Source of the DNA: Candidatus Kaiserbacteria bacterium
GTDB taxonomy: Bacteria; Patescibacteriota; Minisyncoccia; Phycocordibacterales; UBA2100
Length of the DNA stretch: 64,000 bases
Assembly: GCA_016186695.1 (NCBI GenBank)
Contig: JACPLC010000001.1
Span: 174,706 to 238,705 of the forward strand
Reading direction: 5' to 3'
The position numbers and the translations under genes are program-made. Under the pieces are notes generated by a model, which made no database searches, was not told the origin of the DNA, and saw only the letters and a list, made by a program, of their open reading frames with translations. Below are positions 1 through 12,200 of the stretch, in pieces (positions within the stretch are counted from its first letter, which is position 1; the number at the start of each line of letters is the position of its first letter).

Positions 1-20
1 GAGTCGCGTTCCTTGCGGGG

Positions 21-635
21 GTGTACGCACGTGTCGCTGCGCTCGGGCTCGCACTGCTTTGGCTTGCGAGCATACCCCTCGCCGGAGTGATCGCGATACT
101 CGAAGACGTTTGGGTGCTTTCGACCGCACTCTTCGTGCTCATCATGGGGAGCGATTACTTCAGCCTTGTGCCGTGGCGGGCGTTCGCGCACCTGACGCGC
201 CGTTACCACGAATATGCCTTGCCGCTCTTGAGACTCGGCACGGGTGCAACGCTCCTCGTGCTCGGCTTTTCGGAAAAGATCCTTCGTCCCGAGCTCGGCA
301 TCAACTTTCTTGCACAACATGATTGGAATTTCATGCAGCTTCTCGGGTTCGAATGGTATTCCGACTACCTCTTCGTGCTCTCTGCGGGCGCGGTCGAATC
401 TCTGCTCGGCCTCATATTCATTCTCGGCGTTGTCACGCGCTTGAATGCACTCGTCCTCGCAATCTTTTTCACTATCCCAATGTTCATCTTAGGACCGATA
501 GAGCTCGCGGGGCATCTGCCGCATTTCGCGGCCGTAGTTCTACTCCTTCTCTTTGGCGGGGGAAATAGGCTGAAGATCAGTCAAAAGCTACGCGCTCATC
601 GTAGACGGACAGCATTATCCGCGGGTGCTGGCTGA
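21..635 (+). CDS. DoxX-family-like polytopic membrane protein; may be 5'-truncated by the window edge
   Basis: 204-aa ORF with four or five hydrophobic helices (LALLWLASIPLAGVIAIL, GATLLVLGF, LLGLIFILGVV, ALVLAIFFTIPMFILG). The topology resembles DoxX/ DoxD small membrane proteins. No catalytic motif recognised. Confidence 0.45.
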   Translation: MYARVAALGLALLWLASIPLAGVIAILEDVWVLSTALFVLIMGSDYFSLVPWRAFAHLTRRYHEYALPLLRLGTGATLLVLGFSEKILRPELGINFLAQHDWNFMQLLGFEWYSDYLFVLSAGAVESLLGLIFILGVVTRLNALVLAIFFTIPMFILGPIELAGHLPHFAAVVLLLLFGGGNRLKISQKLRAHRRRTALSAGAG

Positions 636-675
636 GCAAGGTGCCGCACGACGCAACCGAAGCTATAATTGGCCC

Positions 676-3600
676 ATGGCACGGCGCGCGTACGCGGCAG
701 CTTTCGCTGTCGTCGTATTTGCAGGATTTGTGGCGTGGACATATGAGTGGTCGGCTGCAGCAGTGCCGACCGCCCAAACAGCCTCAGCTGCAAGACCGGC
801 AGCAGAAGGCGAAGCGACGAACACCTACTGTCGGAAGGCTGCGAAGATAGTGGCACCAAGTGAACTCACTGCGCTGAAATGCTCTGCTTCGCTCGGCAAC
901 TCCTCTCATGTTCGGGCAGTACGCGGGGACTGTACGCTGAACGGAACGTGCAAGGCCGTGGAGTATCAAGGTCAAGACGACGAATGGGTGAAGATCGGAG
1001 ACGCAGATACTTCAAAGTTTTCATCGGAGAGTAGTATACCGACGGCTGTGGGGGAGTACGCGAGGTCGCAGAAAACACTTGATGCGCTCTATGGAAGGGC
1101 GGATGCGCTTCAGCAGGAGCAGGCCAATATTGCTCCGATCGGCGACGTGCTTTCGCCCGAGAAGCAAGCAGAACTCATTTCCCTTGAGCGCGCGATACAA
1201 AACGAGGAGTCTGTATTCTCCAAAATCGCGATGTTTGCGAGCGGGGAGGAGCAGACTCGTGACGTCGGTGCTACTGAGAGCGGAGGGGCATTCTCCGGTG
1301 CGTCTCCTGCAGGCCCGGTTGCTCTGAATCCGGACACTGCCGGGTCACCGACGAATCTAGGAGACAGAAGTGGTTCTCCTCGGAGTGCGGAATCCAGCTT
1401 CGGCGATGGTATAGCAGTTCCATATTTCAATGAAACGAAGCACTTGATGCAAGAAACCGGATTCGGACAGAATCCGGATGGAGCGCCCAGTGACGTCCGC
1501 GCCGTCCAACAAACGTTGCCGGAGCTTTCGCGGGCCGCTGAAGATCAGACGGGAGTGCGCGCATACTACCTTCCGACGGAGTTTACACTGCGTGATCCGG
1601 AGCGGCCCCTTACGTCTTCTGTCGATGCTAACCCAGATTCCCGGCAACTCGTTACGGTATTCGGCACGAAGGAGGAAGCAGATCGTGCTGTGGCAGCCTA
1701 CGTTGCTGCACAAACCTACCTTGCCCGAAATGAAGCGAGCGTAGCACAACGCGAGGCAGCGGTTTCAGAAGCATTCTCGGAGGATGCCAATAAGCCAGCG
1801 TTCTATGTTCCGCGTGGCGGACCTGAGCCACTATCGCATTTACGCGAGCAAAATGAGCAGATACGAGCAGCCTCTGAGGCATTTCTTGTGGGCGATCCAG
1901 CGTTCATGCAACGACTCTCAAAAATCGATGGGAGTCAACGTGAACTGCAGGGACCGGGCATTCTCTCAACGCTTCAACAGACGCTCCATGAGTATGGACA
2001 GACATCGGGCGATTGGGCCGGGGCTTGGAATTCTCTTAAAGAGGGAGACATTATCGGCGGGGTAACCAAGCATTGGTCAAACGTTTTGCAAGCGGTGCCC
2101 CGTACCATGGCAGCGAATCTCGATCGTGCGCTCGGCAATGATGCCGAGACCTCCTATCTTGGGGTGTTCTGCCAGTCGTGTGAGGCAGATATTGTGCGAT
2201 CGGCTCGCATCCAAGCTGGCATGGATATTGCGATGACGGGACTTCTGGGCAGAGAAGCACCTACGCTTCTCGCACGAGCGGGACAGGAGGTCTGGTCTTT
2301 GGCGCGGCCTCTCGGAGAGGATGCCGCGGTCCTATTTCGCAATGAGGGTTTTGCGTCACTCCTTGAGGGAACAGGTATAGAGGTACGGTCAGCAGGCTTG
2401 CTCGAATCTCCTCTCTCAAGCGGCAATGTACTCGATCTCGCCTATAACGCGCGAACAGGAGCATTCGAAATTTCAAACGTTGCCGAGAGAGCCGTAGTTC
2501 CCAGCAATGAGGGATTTCTCGCAGGTACGGAAATTCCTCTTGCGCCAGCAGTAGATTCAATCGGTTTAGAGACTCTTGTACCTCGCGTCGGGGTCGATGC
2601 ATTGGCAAGCGAATCCGGACTGTCTGCTCGCTTCGGCGGCCCAAGAGAACTTGGCATGACCTATGAAGGGAGAGGCACTGGTCTTGTACCAAGCACAGCA
2701 GTCGGGCTTGAACTGCCGCCCGGAACAGCAGCGCGCTTCGAGAGCTCGCATCCGATCCTCACGGGTCCCTCTGTTCCTGGGCTCGATCGTGCCGTTTTTT
2801 CTGAGCCACTTGCGGATAAACCGCCGCTTTCCTCCGATAATATCGCGATTGAAAAGGAATCAACATTGCCAACAAGCGCGACGTCATACACAGACGAACG
2901 ACTGGCTACCCTATATCGTCTACCAGAAAACGTTAATCTGGCGGCTGTCAGAGACATTCTTCCTTCTCCACCCGACCCTTTTCCTGTGAGTTTGCCTGAG
3001 ACAGACGATATATTGTTTCGGGTACCTGCTCGCAGTCTGACTGATGGGCAGATTGATGAAATTGTCGGTCGGACGACCTCTGCACTGAATGACTATTGGG
3101 CGCAGGAATTTACCGAGCGAGGGGAAGTGTACAATCCAGCAAACGTCGTGACGTACGGAGGCAAGTCACCAATCAGTGACCCTTCCGTCCCTATCCCACC
3201 TCCGGAAGAATATGGTCCCTATGGCGATCCAAGAACCGGAATTACGTACATCGATAGGCAAGCTATTAGAGATCTCAATTCGTTGTGGGTTCATTCTCGG
3301 GGTGAGCAAGTGCAAATGGTCGTGGCTCACGAAATAGCTCACGACGTCGCAAGACAGTTGGGAATCTACAACAACTTCGACACGGCCGCCAACTCCTCGC
3401 TTATGGAGCAGCAGGCACAATATCTTGCTGGAGCGAGCCTTCGAGAGGCTGGTTTGTTGCGTGAGGGCTATCCGGAACAGTTCTATTACTCTTCAGCAGC
3501 GTATGGACAGGATTTCAAACAATTAACAGAATTAAGCGCTAGCCTCAATGAGAGCTATTATACGTATCCGACAGGTAAGGAAATGGCTCAATCAATTTAT

Positions 3601-3861
3601 GCGGGCATGGCCGAAGCCAACGTCGATAAAGGATTCTCGATGCTCGGTGGAGAATCTCGTGTCCGCGCCCCAGATATATTAAGTGTTTCTGAGCCATCTC
3701 CTCCCTCATCTTGGTACGACACGGCGAGGACTACTGCAACGAACTTCATAGATGCCACGCAAACGAACATTGCACGCGGACTTGAGGCAGTGTATGAACG
3801 GCTTGGTATACCCAGCTCTGCATTACCCACATGGGCGTCCAAACGTTTGCTAAGGCGCTAG
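676..3861 (+). CDS. Large N-terminally membrane-anchored extracytoplasmic protein with a C-terminal HExxH (zincin-like) motif
   Basis: The ORF track gives 625..3861. Start moved to internal Met (MARRAYAAAFAVVVFAGFVAWTYEW), which gives a single TM/signal anchor. About 1000 aa are predicted outside, with low-complexity Ala/Ser/Pro regions. Near the C-terminus is VVAHEIAHDVARQLGIYNNFDTAAN, a HExxH followed by a downstream D/E typical of zincin folds. No named family recognised. Confidence 0.6.
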   Translation: MARRAYAAAFAVVVFAGFVAWTYEWSAAAVPTAQTASAARPAAEGEATNTYCRKAAKIVAPSELTALKCSASLGNSSHVRAVRGDCTLNGTCKAVEYQGQDDEWVKIGDADTSKFSSESSIPTAVGEYARSQKTLDALYGRADALQQEQANIAPIGDVLSPEKQAELISLERAIQNEESVFSKIAMFASGEEQTRDVGATESGGAFSGASPAGPVALNPDTAGSPTNLGDRSGSPRSAESSFGDGIAVPYFNETKHLMQETGFGQNPDGAPSDVRAVQQTLPELSRAAEDQTGVRAYYLPTEFTLRDPERPLTSSVDANPDSRQLVTVFGTKEEADRAVAAYVAAQTYLARNEASVAQREAAVSEAFSEDANKPAFYVPRGGPEPLSHLREQNEQIRAASEAFLVGDPAFMQRLSKIDGSQRELQGPGILSTLQQTLHEYGQTSGDWAGAWNSLKEGDIIGGVTKHWSNVLQAVPRTMAANLDRALGNDAETSYLGVFCQSCEADIVRSARIQAGMDIAMTGLLGREAPTLLARAGQEVWSLARPLGEDAAVLFRNEGFASLLEGTGIEVRSAGLLESPLSSGNVLDLAYNARTGAFEISNVAERAVVPSNEGFLAGTEIPLAPAVDSIGLETLVPRVGVDALASESGLSARFGGPRELGMTYEGRGTGLVPSTAVGLELPPGTAARFESSHPILTGPSVPGLDRAVFSEPLADKPPLSSDNIAIEKESTLPTSATSYTDERLATLYRLPENVNLAAVRDILPSPPDPFPVSLPETDDILFRVPARSLTDGQIDEIVGRTTSALNDYWAQEFTERGEVYNPANVVTYGGKSPISDPSVPIPPPEEYGPYGDPRTGITYIDRQAIRDLNSLWVHSRGEQVQMVVAHEIAHDVARQLGIYNNFDTAANSSLMEQQAQYLAGASLREAGLLREGYPEQFYYSSAAYGQDFKQLTELSASLNESYYTYPTGKEMAQSIYAGMAEANVDKGFSMLGGESRVRAPDILSVSEPSPPSSWYDTARTTATNFIDATQTNIARGLEAVYERLGIPSSALPTWASKRLLRR

Positions 3862-3906
3862 AAGTCGAACGCACTGTTCGTTTCTCTCTTTTGATACTAT
3901 AGGTCG

Positions 3907-4548
3907 ATGAAAGGCCGTAAGTATGTGCTTTTTGATTTCGATGGTGTCATTGCGGATTCGTATGCTGTCGCATGGTCGACAGCCAAAAAGCTATGCGCGC
4001 GCCTTACAGACGGTGAATATCGCTCACTTTTTGAAGGCAATGTGTATGAGACGCACGACGCGCTCCTCTCGGAGCCGCATGGGCCGGAATGTAGTCACGA
4101 TCTCGATTGGTTTAGCATCTTCACGCCAGCATTTGAAGAACAGGCGACATTGTTTGCGGGCATGCGCGAGGTTATTGAAAATCTTTCGCATACGTATGTG
4201 CTCGTTATCGTCTCCTCTACGCTCACGAGTCCGATTCAAGGATTTCTCGAGAAGCACCACATCGGCCGCTACTTTTCGGAGGTGATGGGAGCCGACGTGC
4301 ACACAGGGAAGCGCGAGAAAATCCACATGATCTTCGAAAAGTACGACATAACCGCTCCTCTGTGTGTCTTTATTACCGACACCTTGGGCGACATGCACGA
4401 GGCAAAGGCCGCGGGCGTCGGCGCGATAGGCGTCTCGTGGGGCTTCCACCCGCGCGAGACACTGCAAAAAGGAGAACCCTTCCGCATTGTCGACCGTCCC
4501 AAAGAAATTCCCGCAGCCGTCTCGGATTATTTTACCCGCTCGAACTAG
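3907..4548 (+). CDS. HAD-superfamily hydrolase (phosphoglycolate/ sugar-phosphatase-like, subfamily IA)
   Basis: N-terminal motif I VLFDFDGVIADS (DxDGx nucleophile). Motif II S/T is present in VIVSSTL. The C-terminal FITDTLGDMHEAKAAG matches motif IV (DxxxD). 213 aa, typical size. Confidence 0.75.
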   Translation: MKGRKYVLFDFDGVIADSYAVAWSTAKKLCARLTDGEYRSLFEGNVYETHDALLSEPHGPECSHDLDWFSIFTPAFEEQATLFAGMREVIENLSHTYVLVIVSSTLTSPIQGFLEKHHIGRYFSEVMGADVHTGKREKIHMIFEKYDITAPLCVFITDTLGDMHEAKAAGVGAIGVSWGFHPRETLQKGEPFRIVDRPKEIPAAVSDYFTRSN

Positions 4549-4557
4549 AGGGTAATA

Positions 4558-6057
4558 TTGAAACGCTATGTACGTCTTATGAGTATGAAACTTGCACGCG
4601 CTTTTGTCGTTGGTGTTTTTTTGCTTGTGCCATTTGCGGCAGAGGCAGCGATGCAGAAATCATTCGAAGTTTCGGGGTGGATTCCGTACTGGCGGGTGGC
4701 GACCGGCACTGCCGATGTGCTCCCGAATATTTCCACGCTCACGGAAGTGAACCCGTTCGTGTATACGCTCGTCGAGGATGGCGCACTTATCGATAACGGT
4801 CTCATCGACCAAGAGCCGTGGCTCTCGCTTCGGAGAGATGCGAGTAGTAAAAATATCCGCTTTATTCCGACGGTCATGACCGGCAACAGTGAACTCGTTC
4901 ACGCGCTTTTGAGCAATACGCAATCGCGCATCGCGCTTGAGGATACACTCGCAAACCTTGTGAAAGAGAGCGGGTTCGATGGCATCGATATCGACTTTGA
5001 GGGGAAAAAAGCGGAGACGAGAGACTACTACTCTACGTTTCTGAAAGGGCTCAAGATGCGCCTCAAGGATAAGTGGCTCATGTGCACCATCGAATCGCGA
5101 ACACCCATCGCCGACCGCTACTTCGGCACAACGCCGCCGCCGGACGCGACGACCTATGCAAACGACCTCAAGGCAATCGGGAAATACTGCGATCGCGTGC
5201 GCATCATGGCCTACGACCAGCAGGGTATCGACCTCAAACTCGCCGACGAGGCGGCAAAAGCCGGTCTTCTTTACGCGCCTGTCGCGGATCCGCGCTGGGT
5301 CGAAAAAGCCATACTTTTAGCCGCAAAAGACATTCCGAAGAATAAGCTCATGATCGGCGTTCCCACCTACGGCTATGAGTACGACGTCACTGCGTACGCC
5401 AACAATGAGTACGTGTACGACATCCTCTGGTCGTTCAATCCCGGTTACGCGATGCCTATCGCCGCATCTGCCGGCATCACGCCACAACGAGGGTATTGGG
5501 GAGAGATATTCTTCACCTATACGGGAGCGGGTACCTCCTCGCCGCCGCTCACAGACACGAACAACTCCGCACTCGTTGCTGCGACGAGCGCCTCGACGAT
5601 CGCGAGCACGACCAACTCAAACCTCACGTTCCGTATGATGGTCTGGCCCGACGCGGAATCCGTGCGGCAGAAAGTTGAGCTTGCGAAGCGTCTCGGCGTG
5701 CGCGGTATTTCCATCTTCAAACTCGACGGAGGACAGGATCCCGCAATTTGGAATGTGCTCGCGACGAGTGCGAAAGCGCCCGCGCGCGCTGCGCTCGCGC
5801 GGGCGCTCAAGCTCGGCTCTGTGGGCGAAGACGTGCGCACACTCCAGATGATACTGAATGCCGATGCGGCGACACAGATAGCAGCAAGCGGCACGGGTTC
5901 ACTGGGGAGTGAAACTACCCGCTTCGGCGCTCTCACCAAGCGCTCAGTACAAAAATTCCAGGAGAAGTACGGACTTTCGAAGCGCGGGGCTGCTGCCTAT
6001 GGATTCGTCGGCCCTAAAACTCGCGCGAAGCTGAACGAACTCCTGCAGACGCTCTAA
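4558..6057 (+). CDS. Secreted glycoside hydrolase family 18 (chitinase/ peptidoglycan-hydrolase-like) fused to a C-terminal peptidoglycan-binding (PG_binding_1-like) domain
   Basis: Signal peptide [30 protein letters not shown]. The GH18 catalytic signature DxxDxDxE is present as [11 protein letters not shown]. The C-terminal about 90 aa ([18 protein letters not shown]...[16 protein letters not shown]) is the same module found at the C-termini of the 2353-aa protein and of the 22685..23761 ORF. Confidence 0.75.
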   Translation: MKRYVRLMSMKLARAFVVGVFLLVPFAAEAAMQKSFEVSGWIPYWRVATGTADVLPNISTLTEVNPFVYTLVEDGALIDNGLIDQEPWLSLRRDASSKNIRFIPTVMTGNSELVHALLSNTQSRIALEDTLANLVKESGFDGIDIDFEGKKAETRDYYSTFLKGLKMRLKDKWLMCTIESRTPIADRYFGTTPPPDATTYANDLKAIGKYCDRVRIMAYDQQGIDLKLADEAAKAGLLYAPVADPRWVEKAILLAAKDIPKNKLMIGVPTYGYEYDVTAYANNEYVYDILWSFNPGYAMPIAASAGITPQRGYWGEIFFTYTGAGTSSPPLTDTNNSALVAATSASTIASTTNSNLTFRMMVWPDAESVRQKVELAKRLGVRGISIFKLDGGQDPAIWNVLATSAKAPARAALARALKLGSVGEDVRTLQMILNADAATQIAASGTGSLGSETTRFGALTKRSVQKFQEKYGLSKRGAAAYGFVGPKTRAKLNELLQTL

Positions 6058-6200
6058 AACCACATTTAGGCTATACACAGGTTTGCACCTTGCCGGCAAA
6101 TAGTGCACTAGCCCCGTGCCTATAATGGACGTATTAGGCGCTCGTTGTCGCGTGCGTCGCATTAATCGGGGTAGTTTTTATACATTTCATTAACAATCAT

Positions 6201-9200
6201 ATGGATATTTCACTCGTGCGCCATCAGGCGAAAGTTTTCGCATTTGTATTGTTTACTGCTCTCATCCTGCTCGTCGTACTCTTGACGTCCATTGCGCGCG
6301 GTGCCGTGGGCACGCTCACGACAAGCGATCTCACGAGCACAGGCCAAACCATCAAGGCCTCGTCAGCGGCGACCGCCGTCATCGGCATCAACGTCGTCGT
6401 TTCGGCGAGCGAAACGATGGCCTCGACTTCGCTCATGATCGCAGGCACGGGTGGCTTTGTCGCCGCGGATGATCTCGCAGCGCTCGGCACCGCAACTTCC
6501 TCGGGCATCGCTATCTATCGCGACGACGCGGTCTCAGGAACAAACGGCAGCTTCGATTCCACAGATGACGTCATACCTCTCGCATCCGCACCTACATTTT
6601 CCGGTGCGACGACGACATTGACGTTTGCAGGCGTCGAGGCCTTGCCCGCGAACAACACGGGCGACAACGAGGGAAGCGACTACTTCATCGTCGTCCAAAC
6701 CTCCGCAGCGGCGACAAACGCCCGCTTGTTCACCGTCTCGCTCTACCCCGGCGAGGTCGGCTTCAACGTCGTGCGACAGAGCACACCCACCGCGCTCACA
6801 ACGAAGTCGGTCACGATCGACACCGTCGCACCCACCGTGAACACAAACACGACGGGCCCTGCGAGCGGCTCCACGAACGTGCCCGTTTCGACCTTCATTC
6901 ACATGGGTTTTAGCGAAAATCTTGACCAATCTACGCTGAATTCGAACAACATCATCTTTACCCAAAACGGCTCCGCGGTGGGTGCCGGCATCCGGCCGTT
7001 CCCTGATGGCTTCGACATCGTGGTCTCCAACCCGCCTACCTACACGGCGAGCACGAAGTTTGCGAAAGTGACGACCGTCTCGACGGGCTTCTACAATGTC
7101 TCGGGCACAAATGCCATCACGCCGCAGGGCGCCTACACCGCACCTCTCTACGGTGACATCGTCTATACGCAGTTCGGCACGTTCCCGCCGGAAGTCGGCG
7201 TTATCACCAACAGCGTTCTTACCTCGGGCACCTTCGCCATCAATGGAAACGCCCTGTTTAGCCCATCGCAGGTGACGAAGTTCGCGTCTCCCGCGTTTGC
7301 GACAACGACGGGTACGGGAAGTCCCGTCGGTATCGGGGATCTCGTTGTCACCAATACAAGTGCGAACCCCGCCGACGTCCGCTACGGCTGGCACATTGTC
7401 ACCACGGGAGCAAGCATCAACGGCTCGGGCCTGCGGCTCGATGGCGCGAGCGGTCAGCCCACCTATCCTGCCTCGACGACGCTCTCGAAGATCCTGCCTG
7501 CCGCGACCTCCACCATGGATGCTTCAGGCCGGCTGAACGCGACAACGACCTTTTCTGCCGGTGACCTCGTCTTTGCGAGAGTCGACAGAAACGGTGATCA
7601 CAACGATACGTACTCTTGGCACCTCGTCACGACGGGGGAGACCATTAATGGTCTCTTGGGATCCGGCGCAACACCGGGTACGACCTCGGCACTGCGACTC
7701 GACAGCGGTAACGGCGCGCCGCACTTCGCCCCCTCGTCTGCATTTGCAAAGATCACCACCTCCGCGACCGGTGCTATCGACTCGGGCGCGCAGAATGCGA
7801 CCGTCTTTTCTCTCGGGGACATGCTCTTTGCGAGGACGACCGCCGGCGCCTCGAATCTCGATGCGTACAACTTCCATCTCGTCTCGGGAGGCGCGACCGG
7901 TGCGACCTCGACCGCGCTCCGGCTCGACAACGCCTCCTCGAACCTCGCGACCTCAACGACATACGTCGTGACCGCCAAACCCGGCGTCACGGATAGCGCG
8001 GGGAACGCGCTTGCTGCCTCCTCGACGCTCTCCTTCACGACCGGCGGTACGGGTGGAACCAACATCTCGCCGCCCTATGTGCAAAGCAGCCAGCCGCAAG
8101 GAGGGAGCCAGAGTCACCCCATCAACGGTCCTATCAAGCTCACGTTCTCCGTAGCCATGAAGAGCGACGGCGGCGCAAACGCCGTCACGAACACCGCGGT
8201 CGTCAAACTCTCGACTGACGTGAATGGCCAGCCCGGCGTGGCGGTCACCTCGACCAACACGTACGATTCCACCACGAACACGGTCACGGTCACGCCGAGC
8301 GCGAACCTCACGGCATCCACCAACTATGTCGTGCTGGTCATGACGACGGCGCAAAGTACCAACAACATCGGCCTGCCGAATGAATACCGACTCTACTTCC
8401 GAACCTCGAGCGGCGCTGATTCTACGGCGCCGACGGTGCTGGGCGTGAATCCGACCAACAATTCGACGAATATCTCGCTCGGTCCGGTATTTACTGCCGG
8501 CTTCTCCGAAGACATGGACCCTTCGACGGTAACGAACTCGACCCTGAAGCTCGCGACACAGATCGGGGGCACTGCCGTTTCCGGCAATGTCACCTACAAC
8601 CAGCAGAGCCGCTCCGCGTCGTTTGCGCCCTCGACCGCACTTTCCGCAAGCACGGGATACAAATTCACGGTCGGCGCAGGCTTGACAGGCCCAGCGGACC
8701 TCTCGGGTAATCGCCTCGCCGCCACTTCGACGACATTCGCAACAACGACCGCGACGGCCGACACATCGGCGCCATCGGTGCAGTTCGCAAGTGCAGACAA
8801 CTTCGGTATCGCTATCACGTTCTCCGAGACAATGAAGACGGGTGGCGGACCGAACGCGGCCGACAACGTCGCCAACTACACACTCGAGAGCCCTCTTGGC
8901 ACCTCGATCGGTTTAGGTGGCAAAACGGTGACATACGACGGCATGACAAAGACCGCCCGCATCTCCGGGCTTTCACTCTCGAACGGCAGCCAGTTCAAGG
9001 CGACGGTTGCTACCCCCGTACAGGACTTGGCAGGGAACGGCATCTCGACATCGGGGACGCCCGCGGGCAACATCGCGGTCGGCACGGTGCAAAATTCTTC
9101 GCAAACAGGCGGCCAGCTCGGCCCCGGCACGGGCACTATCGATCAAAGCGTGCAGGGCATGAATCCGACACAGCTCATGCCGATGGTCCGCATGGCAGGC

Positions 9201-12200
9201 GCCATATCCGACTATCGGGTTAACTTCCTTGCAGGGACTTCTATCCCCTCGGGCGGGCAGATCATTGTCACCTTCCCTTCAGGCTTCGACGTGTCGCGTG
9301 CTTCTACCACACCCGCAGCCTCGTCGCTCTGCAACAACGACATCAATGGCACACAGTTCAGCGGGCCCGCGAGCTTGCCTGTGATCGCATCGGCATCTGC
9401 GAATTCTGATGCCGGCACGGTCACCATCACGACTGCGGGCGACGCGACCGGCGCGAACACATTCATCTGTCTCGAGCTTACCGGTATCATCAACTCGACC
9501 GTGCCCTCGAGCTCCGGCTATACCGGCGACATCAAGACGCGCGACACGGCCGCGAACAATCGCGCTATTCTCGAGACGAAGACCACCTCGCCGTTCTTCC
9601 TCGGAGCGGCGGGCACTCGCACGCTCACGGTCAACGTCTTCAATGATGGAAATGCGAACAGCACCAACAACGCAAACGAAGGCATCGCCGCAGTGAAAGT
9701 CTTCCTCTTCTCGCCCGCGACTGGTGGCAACTCAACGACCACCAACGCCTCCGGTGTCGCCTCCTTCACCTCCCTTGCCGACGGTGACTACATGGTCGGT
9801 ATCGATCCGGGCACGCTTGCCTCGGCGTCTTCGACGGTTGTATACAACTCGTCTCCCCAGCCCATAACCATCTCTGCGACGAACCTCACGAAGAACATCA
9901 TCGTCTCCGGAGGGGGCAGTACCATCGCGCTTTCGGGTACAGTGACCGGCCCTAACGGCACCGATGTCGACATATTCGCTTCTTCGGGGCAGGGCTTCAC
10001 GAAGGTCGTGAAAACGATGACAGGAAGCGCCGTTTCCTACTCGCTCCGCATCTCGCCGAGCACGATATATAGCGTCGGCGTCGGCCCGGGGATGCCCGAT
10101 TCATTCTTCATTCCGGGAGGTCCACCGCCAAAGCCCCCGACCTTCACCTTCATGCCGCCGCCGAACGTGACGGTCATCGCAACGACGACGAACGTCACCG
10201 GAGTGAACTTCACGCTCTCCTCCGCGGATAAAACCATCACGGGCACCGTCGTCGATTCTGCAGGTAGCGCGGTATCGAATGCGGGAGTCTTCGCACGGCC
10301 AATCTCCAACACCACGTCTGGGGGTGGTCCCACCTCCGATCTCGGCTTCGGAAGCGGCGGCCAGACAGACACCTCTGGCGCCTTCTCCATCAATGTGGTC
10401 GCGGGCACGTACCTCGTCGGCGTCTTCAAGCCAGGCATGCCGAGCGTTCCCGACCAGCAGATAACCGTCCCCTCGAGCGGCGCGAACACGCCGAGCTCGC
10501 TTGCGTTCAAACTTGGCACCGCCTCGACGCTCACCATTTCCGGTACCGTGAAGGACGATAACGGCAACGCGATTCCGTACGCCGGCGTCGGCGGACGCAA
10601 GGTCGTCTCTACTGCCGACACGACGCCGATAGGCGGCGGTCAGGGTAACTTCGTGGGCGGCCCGACGGACGCCAACGGCGCATACACGCTCTATGTCACC
10701 AACGGCGTATGGCAGATCGAGGCGTACGCTCCCGGCTTCGGCAAGCTCGGCTCAAAAACGGTCACCGTCTCCGGTTCCTCCCTATCAGGGCAGGACTTCT
10801 CCGCGCAGACACTCTCCCTCGGCACTGTTACGGGAACGACGACCAAGGCGGCAGTCGCAGTGCAGGGCGTCATGGTACATGCCGAAGGAGCAAACGGCCG
10901 CAACTTTGGTGTTTCTGATGCAGACGGCGTGTACTCACTGAAGCTGCCTGCCGGAAGTTACACGCTCACCTGCTTCTTCCCGGGGATCGGCGATTCAACA
11001 CCGATCGACGTCACTTCTACCGCAGATACGACGAGCTACAGCAACAACTGCGCACTCGCTGCGCCGATCACCGTGACCGTCAACCTCACCGACGGCACGA
11101 ATCCGATCACGAACGCATACGTTGACGCGCGTACCTCTACGGGGCGCGGCAACGGCACGAGCGAGAGCACGAGTTCGGGTGCGAACGCCACCTACACCCT
11201 CACGCTCTCGCCCGGCACTTACACCGTTCGCGCGGGACACCCGGCCTTCGGCCCCATCGGTTCGACGGGAAGCGTTTCCTCCACACAGACCATTACCTAC
11301 ACCGCGCCCACGCTCTACAGCGTGACCGGCACGGTGAACTCCTCGGGCGTCGGCACGAACAATGCGTTTGTCTCTCTTACCGGAAGACCCACTGGGCAGA
11401 CGAACACCATCATGGTCGGCGCACAGACAAATGACAGTGGCGCCTACACGATTAGCGCGCCAAAAGGCTCGTACCAGCTCCGCGCCGATAAACCGGGCTA
11501 CATCCTTTCCGAGCCGGTCTCCGTCACTGTCGCGGGCAACACGACGGCTACGGAAGTCTCGCTCCGCGCGGCTTCGCGCACGATTTCCGGCACCGTCTCT
11601 CTCTCAAGCTCCGGCGTCTCGGGCGCGTTCGTGGATGCGACCGACGGCTCGGGAGGATTCGCAGTTGCACAAACCGACTCCGCCGGCGCCTACTCCTTGA
11701 GCGTGACACCCGCAAGCTGGGTCGTGACGGCGCGCTCTATCGGCTACCATGCCTCGACGACCGTTGATGTGACGAGTGCCTCCGCAAGCGGCCAGAACAT
11801 TACGCTCGCGGCGATCTCCGGATTCACACTTACTGCCGAGCGGCAGGAGACCATAACGCCGACGGCCGGCGGATTCGTCACCAACTCCGACATCGGTTCA
11901 AACTTCAAACTGACGATTCCTGCAAACGCGCTTGGCACCGGTTCGAATGCCGGTACCGTGAAGACGCAGGCGAACACCGCAGTGCCGGGTATCGCGAACG
12001 GCACCGTACTCTCGAAGAATGCGGTAACGATCTCAGCGGTTGACTCCTCGGGGCAGCCCGTCAAGAGCCTCAATGACGCGGTGACGGTCGTCGTGCCGTA
12101 TACCGAGGCAAGCGTTCCAAGCGGAACATCGGAGGCCGATCTGCAGCTCGGTGTATGGAACGACGCGACGCAGGCCTACGACATGCTCCCCACAACAGTC

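Noticed and set aside
6090-6126. TTGCCG ... TATAAT promoter upstream of the giant surface gene
   Set aside because: The spacer is about 25 nt, outside the 16-19 nt sigma70 window. It is kept only as a weak possibility.
6534-7394. 286-aa minus-strand ORF inside the giant surface-protein gene, plus many other 60-250-aa antisense or alternate-frame ORFs between 6200 and 13260
   Set aside because: The translations are Arg/Gly/Cys-rich and low in complexity, typical of stop-codon-poor frames in about 62% GC DNA. The + strand frame is continuous for 7 kb, with coherent domain-like repeats and a signal anchor.
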